This document shows positions 1-34,261 of a stretch of DNA of 64,000 nt, piece by piece (the stretch's first letter is position 1; each line of letters starts with the position of its first letter). The position numbers were made by a program, and so were the translations under genes. The DNA is taken from assembly GCA_963693365.1 (NCBI GenBank), contig CAVNZM010000002.1, forward strand, positions 16,959,615 to 17,023,614. Direction: 5' to 3'. Source of the stretch: Amoebidium appalachense (lineage: Eukaryota; Protista; Ichthyosporea). A model generated the notes under the pieces. The model searched no databases. It worked only from the letters and a program-made list of their open reading frames with translations, and was not told the origin of the DNA.

Positions 1-3772
<3,772 letters not shown>

Positions 3773-3797
3773 GGGGGTTGCTGGGATTGGGACGGTA

Positions 3798-3945
3798 ACG
3801 AACGATGATGAAAGAATTCGAAAGTTTCTGAGTTCGTCGGTGGAATTTTAGGGGGCAAGGGTACAGAACGAATGATGATGTAAGAAAGTCTTTGGGTTCG
3901 TGGGTGAAATTTTACGGGGAAAGGGTACAGAAGGGATGGTGATGG
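3798..3945. repeat. Diverged tandem repeat (~65-bp unit, ~2.3 copies) downstream of the stop codon
   Basis: aacga...gatg...gaaagt...gttcgt.ggtg.aatttta.gggg.aagggtacagaa occurs twice plus a partial third copy. Confidence 0.6.
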
Positions 3946-4298
3946 GGAGACTCGATTTGCGCTTGGCTAATCATATGTATGAATGATTAGATAGAGGTTT
4001 CGGCAACAGGGAATAACCACTGGCTATCTGTAGACAGTCTGTATCACGGAGGTACCTAGCACACACGAGAGAAGCAGTCATATATGGGTAGGCTGGTGTG
4101 GTCTTTACACGTAATTCTTTGCCAAAGTGCACAAAGGGCAGGTGCACGAATGTGTCTTGATAGTCCTTATGCCCTATTGTTTGATGCTACCTCTTTTTCT
4201 TTTCCTTCCTTCCTTCCTTTCTTTTCCTTTCCTTTTTTCTTTCTTTCTTTCTTTCTTTTTCTTTCTTTCTTTCTTTTCTTTCTTTCTTTTTTTTTTTT

Positions 4299-4352
<54 letters not shown>

Positions 4353-4903
4353 TGTGTATGGGGTGGAGGAGGGGAGGGGGGAGGGGGAATATGCAAATTA
4401 GGTTTGTGTGTGTCTGATCATATTATGAAGGGCACGTGATAATTATCTTGGAGTGTGAAGTAATAGTCAAATAGCAGGCGAATGGAAAACTAAGCAATTT
4501 TGAGCCCGTAGCCTGAGTGATGTTTTTTTTTCTTTTTTCTTTTTTTCTTTCTTTTTTTTTTTTTGGTTGTAAAGTTCGTGAGGGCAAAACCACCTTCATA
4601 GCCATAATACCGGTAGCCATTCACTACTTTGCATGCTGCAGGTTAGACGAAGCTCCCTATTGAACGTAGGCTGGGCCTAAGGAGGTTTTGGTTTTTTTGG
4701 TTTTGTGACCCAACTCGGTGACACTATACTGATTAAAGCGATTTGAATATGGGGTTCTGAGAGCTATGCGACTAAAAACATTTACTTGGCTATTCATGAC
4801 TGTATGCACGTGTGTATATGTGCTGTGCATAATGTGCGTACACATGTGCACTTGTGACATACAGCCTGACATAGCCCACATCCACATGTCTGTGCTTGGC
4901 TAT

Positions 4904-6740
4904 TGTGGTATATTATAAAAGATATCTAGTATGGATGTACACAGGTTGAGATATACGCGCACGTGTACATGTATATATACCACTGTGTTTGATCTTAGGT
5001 AGGCCAGTATGCATGTCCCCCCCAGTCTTGTGCACATGAGCATGGATTTAGACATATGTGCACGTGCAGCTTGCAGGATTATTCATGGGAAAACAGATAT
5101 AATAGTCACATGGGACCGACACGTAGTAGAGGAACCATGAGCGTTTATGTCATAGTTTTATCATGGGAAAATATGCAAGTAGCCGTGAGGTATGACTGTG
5201 GAATGCATCGCTAGTCAAGTACTGTCACCCGATTGGCTCACTTAGTTTATTGGAACCGTGATGCCATGGGACAGAACCGTGAACCGTATGTGATTGGCTC
5301 TCGTAGCCAAAAGGACATACCGATGCGCATGTCTGAGCCGCTGTGCGAGCTCCGATATAAGGGCATGTCGGGGGCTTCAGAGCTCACTCAGTGTGCTCGG
5401 CTTACTAGGTGTAAGTAGGACTAGCACGTAACTTAGCAAAGCGTGGTCTAGTCAACCCCGTTCATTTACAAATATATTGTTTTGTCACGGACACACGATC
5501 ATATTATACAACAGCTGAGCTACACCCCCTGAACGAAAAGAGAAGCAATATTGGTTGTCGTGTTGCAGGTCGTGAGAACGGAAGTAAACACGGTCGAGCA
5601 ACGGTATGTCTGATCCAGGAGGGTACCACGGTGAAGTGCCGGGGGGAGAGAGGGGAACATTATATCCGAGTTCTTCAAGAAAAATGAGGTCGGCCTTTCT
5701 TGTTTCGCCCCCATGCAGGCCGCTAGGGCCGGCATTGTCGTCACCATGGTGGCCAGACATGTTAGAAACCAAACAACTAGAAACATAGTATTTGCTTGAA
5801 ACGAGCACACATGCAGCGCAAGAGCTAGCGCTGCAGGGGGTGTAGCTCGTTTCAAGCAAATACTATGTTTCTAGTTGTTTGGTTTCTAACATGTCTGGCC
5901 ACCATGGTGACGACAATGCCGGCCCTAGCGGCCTGCATGGGGGCGAAACAAGAAATGCCGACCTCATTTTTCTTGAAGAACTCGGATATAATGTTCCCCT
6001 CTCTCCCCCCGGCACTTCACCGTGGTACCCTCCTGGATCAGACATACCGTTGCTCGACCGTGTTTACTTCCGTTCTCACGACCTGCTACAAACACGACAA
6101 CCAATATTGCTTCTCTTTTCGTTCAGGGGGGTGTAGCTCAGCTGTTGTATAATATGATCGTGTGTCCGTGACAAAACAATATATTTGTAAATGAACGGGG
6201 TTGACTAGACCACGCTTTGCTAAGTTACGTGCTAGTCCTACTTACACCTAGTAAGCCGAGCACACTGAGTGAGCTCTGAAGCCCCCGACATGCCCTTATA
6301 TCGGAGCTCGCACAGCGGCTCAGACATGCGCATCGGTATGTCCTTTTGGCTACGAGAGCCAATCACATACGGTTCACGGTTCTGTCCCATGGCATCACGG
6401 TTCCAATAAACTAAGTGAGCCAATCGGGTGACAGTACTTGACTAGCGATGCATTCCACAGTCATACCTCACGGCTACTTGCATATTTTCCCATGATAAAA
6501 CTATGACATAAACGCTCATGGTTCCTCTACTACGTGTCGGTCCCATGTGACTATTATATCTGTTTTCCCATGAATAATCCTGCAAGCTGCACGTGCACAT
6601 ATGTCTAAATCCATGCTCATGTGCACAAGACTGGGGGGGACATGCATACTGGCCTACCTAAGATCAAACACAGTGGTATATATACATGTACACGTGCGCG
6701 TATATCTCAACCTGTGTACATCCATACTAGATATCTTTTA
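4904..6740. mobile_element. Fold-back (palindromic) LTR-like element: LTR 4904-5513 + ~290-bp internal segment, inverted copy 5845-6740
   Basis: 4916-5806 is the reverse complement of 5845-6740. The three differences I found all lie in the inner part: one extra G, a 4-nt indel and a C/A substitution. The left unit starts TGTGGTATATTA and ends TATTATACAACA (10/12 terminal inverted match). It holds two ATTGG boxes, TATAA at 5356 and AATATA near the end. Confidence 0.75.
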
Positions 6741-6939
6741 GGGGGGTTTACGCTGTTTACTCGAGGCAAAGAGAACCAGTCTCAGGTATGGGGGGGGGGG
6801 GGTTTTGCTCGGAATATCCCCTCAGCGGTATATCATGATCACGTACATAGATGTCGGGTGGTGACTATATATCAGGGTTTACTTTCTCTACGAGACACCA
6901 TAAAGACTACAAGGAGAAATCAATTAGTTGGGGTTCCCC

Positions 6940-6998
<59 letters not shown>

Positions 6999-7030
6999 GG
7001 GCTCCCCTCGGGACACTCGGTATCAGCTGG

Positions 7031-7081
<51 letters not shown>

Positions 7082-7781
7082 TGTGTGTGTGTGCGCGTGC
7101 GCTATAATTTTGTAGTGATGTGTTTCTCAAGCCAATCAATACATCTAATAAACAGGTAATATACCACAGCTATATATTCAGTGACATCCTCGAGGATCGC
7201 TCACCTCGGTGTTGGCAAGATCAATTGCGATCATGGAGGTGTTGACGCAAACACTCCACTTGAACACTTCAGGAAGGTTACGATAGCTTTATCCACTAGA
7301 GTTACTTGTAGGGGTGATGCCTACATGGTTGCATAGCCGTTTATAGCCTCAATGGGCCTGGTATGTCGACTTTCTTTACGTGAATCGTCCAGAGCTGTGT
7401 ACTAACGAGTGCAGGGGCGGCACATGTGCAAGCGAACTCACACGGAGTGTCTGACATGTGCACCTATTGCCTAGCAGAATTTATTTCGAATCGCCAATTT
7501 CGAATCACCACTTACAAGCTTGGGAGTGCTACCGTTAAACACTTGATTTTGGCAACACCATATAGAGCAACCATGCCAAACTGAGTTTGACCATCTGTGA
7601 AAGAGTTTTCAGCTCAGCGGCTGCGACCACGTACACAGTCCTGTTCGCCGATCCGAACTCACGGGTTTTCTCAAACTTGCCTGCTGATTAACCTGATATC
7701 GTGAAAAACAACCGGGTCAGCTCTCCAGACGTCTTTTCAAATGAAAGTGTTTTCTTGATCCTCGGATAGGTGACAACGAAA

Positions 7782-17506
<9,725 letters not shown>

Positions 17507-18241
17507 GGGGTCAACAATCAACCCCCCCCCCCCCCCCCCCCCCCCCTCTCCCCCCGCCCGCCCGGCTTCTTGCTTCTTCTCACCCTCCCACACCAAAGCC
17601 CACCTGTAAGCCGTCACAACATACACACACACACTGTGGATGCCATTTGGGGCAAGGACAATGATTTCAGATTGACAGATCTATCCCCCCCCCCCCCTCC
17701 CTCCCCCTTTCTTTCCCCCTCCCCCCTCCCCCCTCCCCTCCAACCTGCCGGGGTGGTGTGATATGGTGGTATAGACATCTTCTTATATGGGAATTGCTGC
17801 GAAAGCATGAGTCTTTGGTAGTCGCGCCATAGGGCTATATTTCTAGCTCGCAAATTATGAATGCTCATGCTCTGTAGCCGTGGCAGATAGGCCCGTAGCT
17901 AATATTAGCCTTTTATTGCCTAAGGTAAACGACCCATGCCGGTGTGTGCCTTACTTTATGAAATGCTCGTATCACAATTACTATTAATAGGTTGTGTGCA
18001 TGTTAAAATAAATTTAGCTTCAGTCTAGGGCATATGTAGTCATAAAACAGTATCATATAACGAGCACACAAGCAGCTATGACCTGTATTTGATGTTATGA
18101 TTTCTAGTGGGCCTAACACAATTTGAATGACGGCCGTCTGATTTAAAAAATGAGTTGAATGTTCCGCTCTTGTTGCCGTCAGTGACGGGAAATCTGTATA
18201 TTATAATAAATAGCATGACACTTGCTCTACAATCCCTCCCT

Positions 18242-18272
<31 letters not shown>

Positions 18273-18311
18273 TCTCAAGTGCCCGAGCCCCCGAAGTTGG
18301 AACATTCTTTC

Positions 18312-18389
<78 letters not shown>

Positions 18390-19235
18390 CACACGCACGC
18401 AGACACGCAGACGCATGCGCGTCCTCGTGCACACGCACACGCACATGCGCTCACACTGACAAATTTCGAATTCGGTAGCACTATTAGCATACTATATTGC
18501 AGCTTCGGTGTGATACACATAAATACGGCTTCGCACCACATGTACACTATATTCCATACATACACAATATGCACACACAGACGAACATAGCAGCGTCAAC
18601 GTCTACACCGCAACAGCCCTGAGTGTAGCATTCAATAGACTTTAACCGAAGGGACACATGAATTTTTTTTTTTTTAAGGTTGCCATCTAGGTCAGGGAAT
18701 CAATTAACAGGGCTAGAGTAGATATATACTACAATCGCCATACACACGAGATAGTCTCTTATAGATAGCCTTTTCCAATGATAAACGAGATATACCAAAT
18801 CTGAAAATTCAACCGTAGGATCTCCAAAACTTTATTTTAAACCTCGGCTACGGTGGTCAACAATCACTAAATTGTTAGCCAAGCAAGAGTAAAGTGCATA
18901 GCCATTGAAATATCATGCCTTTTGATATTAATTAGATAGTCTAAAGGAGCGGCATGCATTGAGATAGCGTGTAAATGCCAGCAACTAAGAACTGAACAGA
19001 AACTGGAACAATCCGACTTAACATACTTTCAGCCGAACCCAGTGTCGCATCACAGACGTTACAGCTACAGTTGTAAAATACTTAGTATTTAAGTGCGCCG
19101 GTGTCAGGCTGCCCACACAGTATATCCCATGTGGGCAACAAGACACAATAATCGTACTGAGACGTAGGTTTCCTAATATGGAAAGGAATGCTACTTGCTA
19201 GCGGCCCAAAAGAAACATACAAGGAGCGCCTACTT

Positions 19236-19410
19236 ACAGATACCGTCCGCGAATAAGAACCCCCTTAACATGTGCCCGGGGGGCGGAATCTTAAATTTTT
19301 CGGGAGGGTCGGGGTCAGAATCTTAATTGCGGAAGGCCCATTCAGCAGGATTTATATATCCGTCCGCCAATAAGATCATCCCGAAAACTGGCTGGGGGGC
19401 AGAATCTTAA
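19236..19410 (+). repeat. Transposon-end-like relic with iterated AATAAGA/AATCTTAA motifs; first 29 bp repeated at 24326-24354
   Basis: acagataccgtccgcgaataagaaccccc is identical at 19236 and 24326. Internal iterations: ggcggaatcttaa, tcagaatcttaa, ccgtccgccaataagat, ggcagaatcttaa. Confidence 0.6.
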
Positions 19411-20031
19411 AAAAAAAGGCTAGACATGCCACAGCTGCAGGAAAGGTGCGGGCCACATGCATGTGTGTACACAATGGCTTGTTTTTTTGTTTTGTTTTGT
19501 TTTTTTTCTTTCTTTTTTGTTGTACGTGTGCGTACGTGTGTGTGTGTGTGGGGAAGGGAGGGGGGGGGGTGGGGGGGTCTGATTTCAATTGCAACCAATT
19601 GGGTAGGGATCCCTTCACCGAAGTCACAACTGGATCCGAACCTTTTACTCTGAAACTTCGTGTTTGCTATGGCTCGAAAAAATTTATGATCATCGGCGAA
19701 TGGAGGCAACCGGTTACCAAAGGCATTGGTGTTAACGAATTCTTCAAACCGCCTTATCGACAGGGTATTCCCAGAATACATAGCAGGTCCTCGAATCAGT
19801 CTACATCAGCAAGAGTACAAAAACTTGAAAAATCGTGTTTTCAGAAAAGGGCCCTCTTTTCACAACAACGGGCCCTGGGTGGTTCAAATCAGGTCCTAAG
19901 ATTTTGATTTACTTGTGCATTGCTGCTACAATTTTGACTAAAATAGTTCCCGTTAATTCAGTCCCAAAGCAGTTACGTGCATGTTCAACATCTGTGCTCC
20001 TACGAAAGCACGTCATCACATTCACTAACAG

Positions 20032-20094
<63 letters not shown>

Positions 20095-20349
20095 ACCCCC
20101 CACACCACCAAAAAAAAAACAAAAAAAAACCACCCTGCCCCGGCCACCCACCCGCCGCCCAAAAAAATAAACACGCACTCACAGATACACACAGACACAC
20201 AAACCACACACACACCCTTCAAGCAGGCCGTCTCACAAAAAGGTAGGCATTCATAAACGCAAAGAGAAGGGAAACTTCGTGAAAAAAAAAAATGGAAAAA
20301 AACTTAGATTAACACCACCACCATCATACCCACACCACTAACAGATTAT

Positions 20350-21934
20350 TCATTCAACACGTGCCCTCTTCTTAGACTTTCTCTTCCTGGGCCTCCACAC
20401 CTTCACCTTCCCGTCCCCACCCAATGCCCCCACCTGATTCCCCTCAGGGCAGTATTCATCCACATTCGCCCACCAATCCTCATCCCCCAACCTCACACTC
20501 ACACATTCATTCACCGTAACACGACGTGTACCCTCATTCCCATCCCCACTCTCGAACGTGAGATTAAACACGTGAAACCCTGCCGACGTGCACACACATA
20601 TCGTGTCCCCCGTTATGAACCGGACCACATGATTTGCGCCAAGTGTCATTCCGAGGCTCGGCAGGGGGGTTCTGGCCACAATAACATTACCCGACTCATC
20701 CCACTCCCCGAAACACACACAGAACACATCCGGGTCAACCGTATGTTCCTGAATCCAGATTGCCCGGATCGATTTTCCGATTACGTGCACATCGCGCGAT
20801 CCCGTGCCCACATCGTTAATGCCGTGTATCTGATAAACAGTCGAGCCCTCGTTCACAGCCAACACCAAAAACCCATCCTCGGTATGTCCCACGATCGCCT
20901 CTGTGCTCCGATTACGATCGATGCCCAAAACATGGTCCGTATGAGTAGTCCAACATATCGCTCCGGATGCGAGATCTCGCGCCGTTATCGCCGCGACCGT
21001 TAGCTGAATCACCTTCCCATCGTGCACAAATGCCTCTATAAAGTCATGAATAGTTTCGTACGCCCGCACAAACGACCCATCACCGCTACTACACAACACA
21101 ATCCGATACATGTCCCCCTGTTTGTACTTTAACACCACATACTGATCTTGAAGCACAAGAGAATCAATCAACAATCTCCCCAACACCTCGTCCGTCTGAC
21201 CCCACACCTTAATTCTCTTCCCCGTTAAGGTATCCCACAACCCCAACCCCTCCACCAACCCGTCTCTCATAAGCAATAGTGCCCTATTGCTCGCCGCATC
21301 TAATGTCAACACATTCATAAACGCACCCGTAGGAAAATCCCCATCCAGCGTCACACATTCCATCTCCCCCCTGACTACCTCCATTACTGGGGGTTCTTCC
21401 CTCTTTTCCGGCCACGGCAAACAGAAAAAATCGAATTCGTGCCTAAGTCTCTCTCTCAGCCCTTCGTCGGCGGGTAACCACGGCTGCTCCCCCTTTGTTC
21501 TTAGATAGTCTAGAACATACTCGAACAACACAGGTGAGCGGTCGATAAACACGGCCCCGTCCTTTCCCTCCCCAACCGTGTGCAGTGTGTGCCTGCCACT
21601 GAACCATGCTGCTAGCATGGACTGTTGGAACGAACACAGTGTGAGGCGTGCGGTGGTGAAGGGTCTACCCCCCACATCCAATGTCACACGGTCAGTGGAG
21701 TGTGCCTCAAGCTGGCGCACTGATTCCTGTTCGGCCAGGAAACGCGCCCTGCAGAAAGGGGGGGGGGGGGGGGGGGGGGGGGGGGGAGGTTAGAATGTGT
21801 TATAGGGGAAGAAGAGAAGAAGGGAGGAGGGGGCCGGGGAGGGGGGGAGCGGGGATGTGTTCACAGGGAGGGGGTGGCAGGTTGGGGGGGGGGGGGGGGG
21901 GGGTCACGTGTACATCAAGCTGGTTGAATTTTGT

Positions 21935-21965
<31 letters not shown>

Positions 21966-22337
21966 GGGGGGTTTCCGTGTGGGGTTCTAATTCTGAATCG
22001 TGCAATATGCACACATCCCCACATCACACAGCACTGCACAAACAAAGAGTAGCCACCATACGTAGAATCCCGGAGGGAGGGAGAGGAAGAGGAGGAGGGG
22101 GAGTTGTAGGGAGGGCGGCGGCGGGCCGGAAGGGGGGCGGGAGGGGGGGGGGGGGCATGGTTTGGACGCAAAAGGAAAGACTCGGGCAATCCAAATAATG
22201 TTATCTAGATGTGCCAAACAGTGGCCAAGGACACAGACAGAAAGGTAAAATAGCACGACTGTAAGGTAGAAGGTATGTAAGGACAGAACCCCCACTAAAG
22301 TAGGCAAGGATGGGATTCCTCCCCCCAAACAAACAAG

Positions 22338-22375
<38 letters not shown>

Positions 22376-23611
22376 TCTCTCTCCCCTCCCTCCCCCCTCC
22401 CCCCTCTCTGTGTGTGTATGCCTGTCTGTCTCAAGAAAGACCAGAAAGGGGGGGGGGGGGGGGGGGGGGGGAGGGGGGGGGGGGGGGGAGGGGAGGGAGG
22501 GAGGGAGGGAACAAGGGCGTGAGTGAGTGAGTGAGTGAGTGAGTGAGTGGGTTGAGTGAGTGAGGGAGGGAAGGAGAAAGGGAACAAGGGAGTGAGTGAG
22601 TGGGTGGGTGAGTGAGTGAGTGAGTGAGTGAGTGAGTGAGTGAAGGAGGGAGCGAGAGAGGGAAGGAGACAGAGAGAGGGAAAGGGAACAGCGGCGGCGG
22701 GCGGCGACGGGGGCGGGGGGGAGGGGGAGGGGGGGGGGGGGGGGAGGGAACAAGAGAGAGAGAGAGAGAGAGTGCGAGGGATGGAGAGAGGGGGAGGGAG
22801 GGAGGGAGGGAGGGGGTGGGAGGAAGGGGAGGGAGGGAGAGGAGGCAGGGAGGGGTAAGTACGGATGGGTGGAGAAGAGGCGGCAAGAGTAACAAACGGG
22901 GGCGGGGGAAGGGGGGGGTGGGAGGGGGGGGGAAGAGCAAGTGAGAGAAAGATAGGGAGAGGGAAGCACTCTTTCTTGTTTATACAAGAATACGTCCATG
23001 TGTGTGTGTGCGTGACGGGCTGGCAAGCTGGAGGTTCAAACCACACTCACCCAAAGCACGTGCAAGTAACGAAGAAAAAGTAGGGCCAACATCGAGAGGT
23101 GCGAGCCCAACAGGTGGTTCTTACAAAAACATCACGCACACAAAACCAGTGAGAGAAAGGGACCACAAGATAGATGGAACCGACAAAAAGACCCAAAAAA
23201 CGTATGCCTCTCCACACATACACACACCCTCCCCTCTCCTTCCTCCTCTCCGCCGTTGCCCCTCACCCCTCCCTGCCGCCCCTCCCTAGATCGCCAAAAC
23301 AGTAACGCCAGCCAGTCACCACCTTTTCTACTATCAGACCAACCGTTGCACACCTCATGTTCTCCTCTCAGACATGCAGTCCTTATCCACAATTGCACTC
23401 TTCCCGTTCTCTTATATAGTGTCTTCGTATAAGCCATCACTCACCTCTCTTCTTCCAGCGCTTCCCTCTCCCTCTCCAACGCCAAGCGTTCGGCCTCCAA
23501 ACGATCCGCCTTCTTTTGTAACTCCAGTGATGCCTCCTTTACATCACGCAGCAGTGTATGACCCAACTGCTCAAACGCAGAGCAGTTCTCTACCAGCTTA
23601 ATAAATTCCAT
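20350..23611 (-). CDS. BTB/POZ (KCTD/T1-type) protein with N-terminal coiled coil and probable C-terminal beta-propeller; exons 23611-23445 and 21748-20350, 521 aa
   Basis: Exon 1 MEFIKLVENCSAFEQLG...LEEER (AG|gtgagt) joins in phase to ctgcag|G ARFLAEQESVRQ. BTB motif VTLDVGGRPFTTARLTL...SMLAAWFSG...VFIDRSPVLFEYVLDYLR...LRHEFDFF. WD-like end GGDGKVKVW and basic tail RPRKRKSKKRARVE. Confidence 0.85.
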
Positions 23612-24325
23612 GTTCGCAAACCCCTCCCTCCTCGTTTTGTGTGTTCATTCACTATAGGTAATGTGGCGTGCTCCTAGAAACGTACACTGTACACCTGAGC
23701 GGCTAGTCAAAGCTCGCCCCTTCAAGGTCCCAGTATTTCATACACTGGCCTAGCTTACAGAGATCCAACTAGCGTGCCTGTGTATTGTTTAGTGTTTGAA
23801 TCCTGCTAAAGGTGCAGAAAAATGAACTATTATCTCGTTACTATTATAATTACACTTTGGTGCTTCTCAAAACTGTTGCGGGTGCCAGTCATATGCCATA
23901 ACTGGTTGGGTGCGAGCTCGATGACGTAATCATATATTTGCGTTAAAATTGCGCAAGTCTCGGACAGCCGAGCTATCGAATTTTCATAACGTTATAGTTA
24001 TCTACTTTGTTTTCTTTGCACATTTCTCGTTTACCGTATCCTCTTCTCCAACTTTTTCTACCACCTGTCGACTCTCCTAGTCCACCATATTAAACACGCA
24101 CATATACACCCATTCACTTACCCATACCTGAAGACTCTTTTCGAATTCCCCCGTCCTTTTTCTCTTCTTCGTATATATCTCCTTCATTTTTTTGGTTGGC
24201 AGATAGTGGACGAATATCGCACATTTAAATTTTACGAAGAGGGATTGGCCCAATTTAGAACCTGAGGAAAAGAGAGTAAATGATCTCCCGTAGCATTCTA
24301 TCGATGTTTTTTTACGTTCTCTTAC

Positions 24326-24374
24326 ACAGATACCGTCCGCGAATAAGAACCCCCGTCAATAAGATTTCGCCCCC
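24326..24374 (+). repeat. Second copy of the 29-bp transposon-end-like motif plus one iteration
   Basis: Identical 29-mer to 19236-19264, followed by gtcaataagatttcgccccc. Confidence 0.6.
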
Positions 24375-25016
24375 ATGTCACATGTGCATGCCAAAGTTGC
24401 GTCATCGAGACTCAGCTGTCGTTATGTTGTTCCAGACAACAATTATCCTCTCACCTTCACCATCTATAGAGCTTAAAGCAGGCCTGTTAACATCATAGTT
24501 TACCAAGGTCCCGTCCACCAATAACCAGCATTAGCACTCTTACTGTGGTAGTGTACACGGTGCCGTCCTATGGCCATGTTGCACGTATACGTGCATGCAC
24601 AACACTAACAATATTTCATTCCCCTTCGTTAGACACGGCCTGCTTAGATGTCCGCTCCGAACGCTTGAACCATACATTTAGCACTCACTCAGGTGGCAAC
24701 GTTTGATTACACATGAAGCAAAACGATCACAAATCGGATATCTCAATCCCATTGCTCCCGTTAACGTCTGTAAAATCTGGCCAGCACCTCGTCAAAAAGA
24801 CTCGGAGAACGTCACGTTTATGATAGAGTTATACAAAATCGCACAATGCACTACTATTATCACCCTCACCTGCTCCCCCCCCCCCTTCCCCCCCCCCCCA
24901 AACACCCACACCCACACCTACCCACACACCCATCCAGCCGCCCATCCACACACATACATGAAACACACAGGCATCCTCTTAGGCCCATTCTAAGCACACC
25001 ACCAGCACATGCCAGC

Positions 25017-33756
<8,740 letters not shown>

Positions 33757-34261
33757 GCCCCCCGCCGTTTTTGAAGTGCACTTTAGGTTTTAAAAAAAAG
33801 CAGAAATGATGAGAAATAACGAAAAAAACCATTCTCCCCGCACCGAACTCACCTTTAGAAAATCGTTTCCGGCCATGTTCTCGCGAGAGCACCGTGGCAC
33901 AAAAACCTGCGCCCACGCTTGTTTTCTACGCCAAACCGCTCCGCCCCAAAGAATACAGCACTGCTAAATACACTCGGCCAGCCAAAAGGCACGCAACAGC
34001 TATTTTAAAGCTTTACTTCCGCGTTCTCTCACGCTCTATCCGCATAACTTATGCCTACAAACACATCCTCGGTAAACTGACGACACAAAACCTGTGACTG
34101 ACCAGCACAGAGTTTTTGCCTGCCGCAGAGAAAATGGCTATTACAGGGTTGCAAACGTATTTTTTCTGAATTCCACAGCTACTGAATTACATACAACCTG
34201 GGCATTTCAAATTTTCTTAGGAACTTGAGCTGTCCTTACAAGTATCTGATGTAATAGTATA

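Noticed and set aside
6127-6200. tRNA-Ala gene
   Set aside because: Only the first 15 nt match; there is no anticodon arm, T-loop or acceptor 3' strand.
19580-19800. Protein-like minus-strand frame (LIRGPAMYSGNTLSIRRFEEFVNTNAFG...)
   Set aside because: No recognisable family and no consistent flanking exons; left unresolved.
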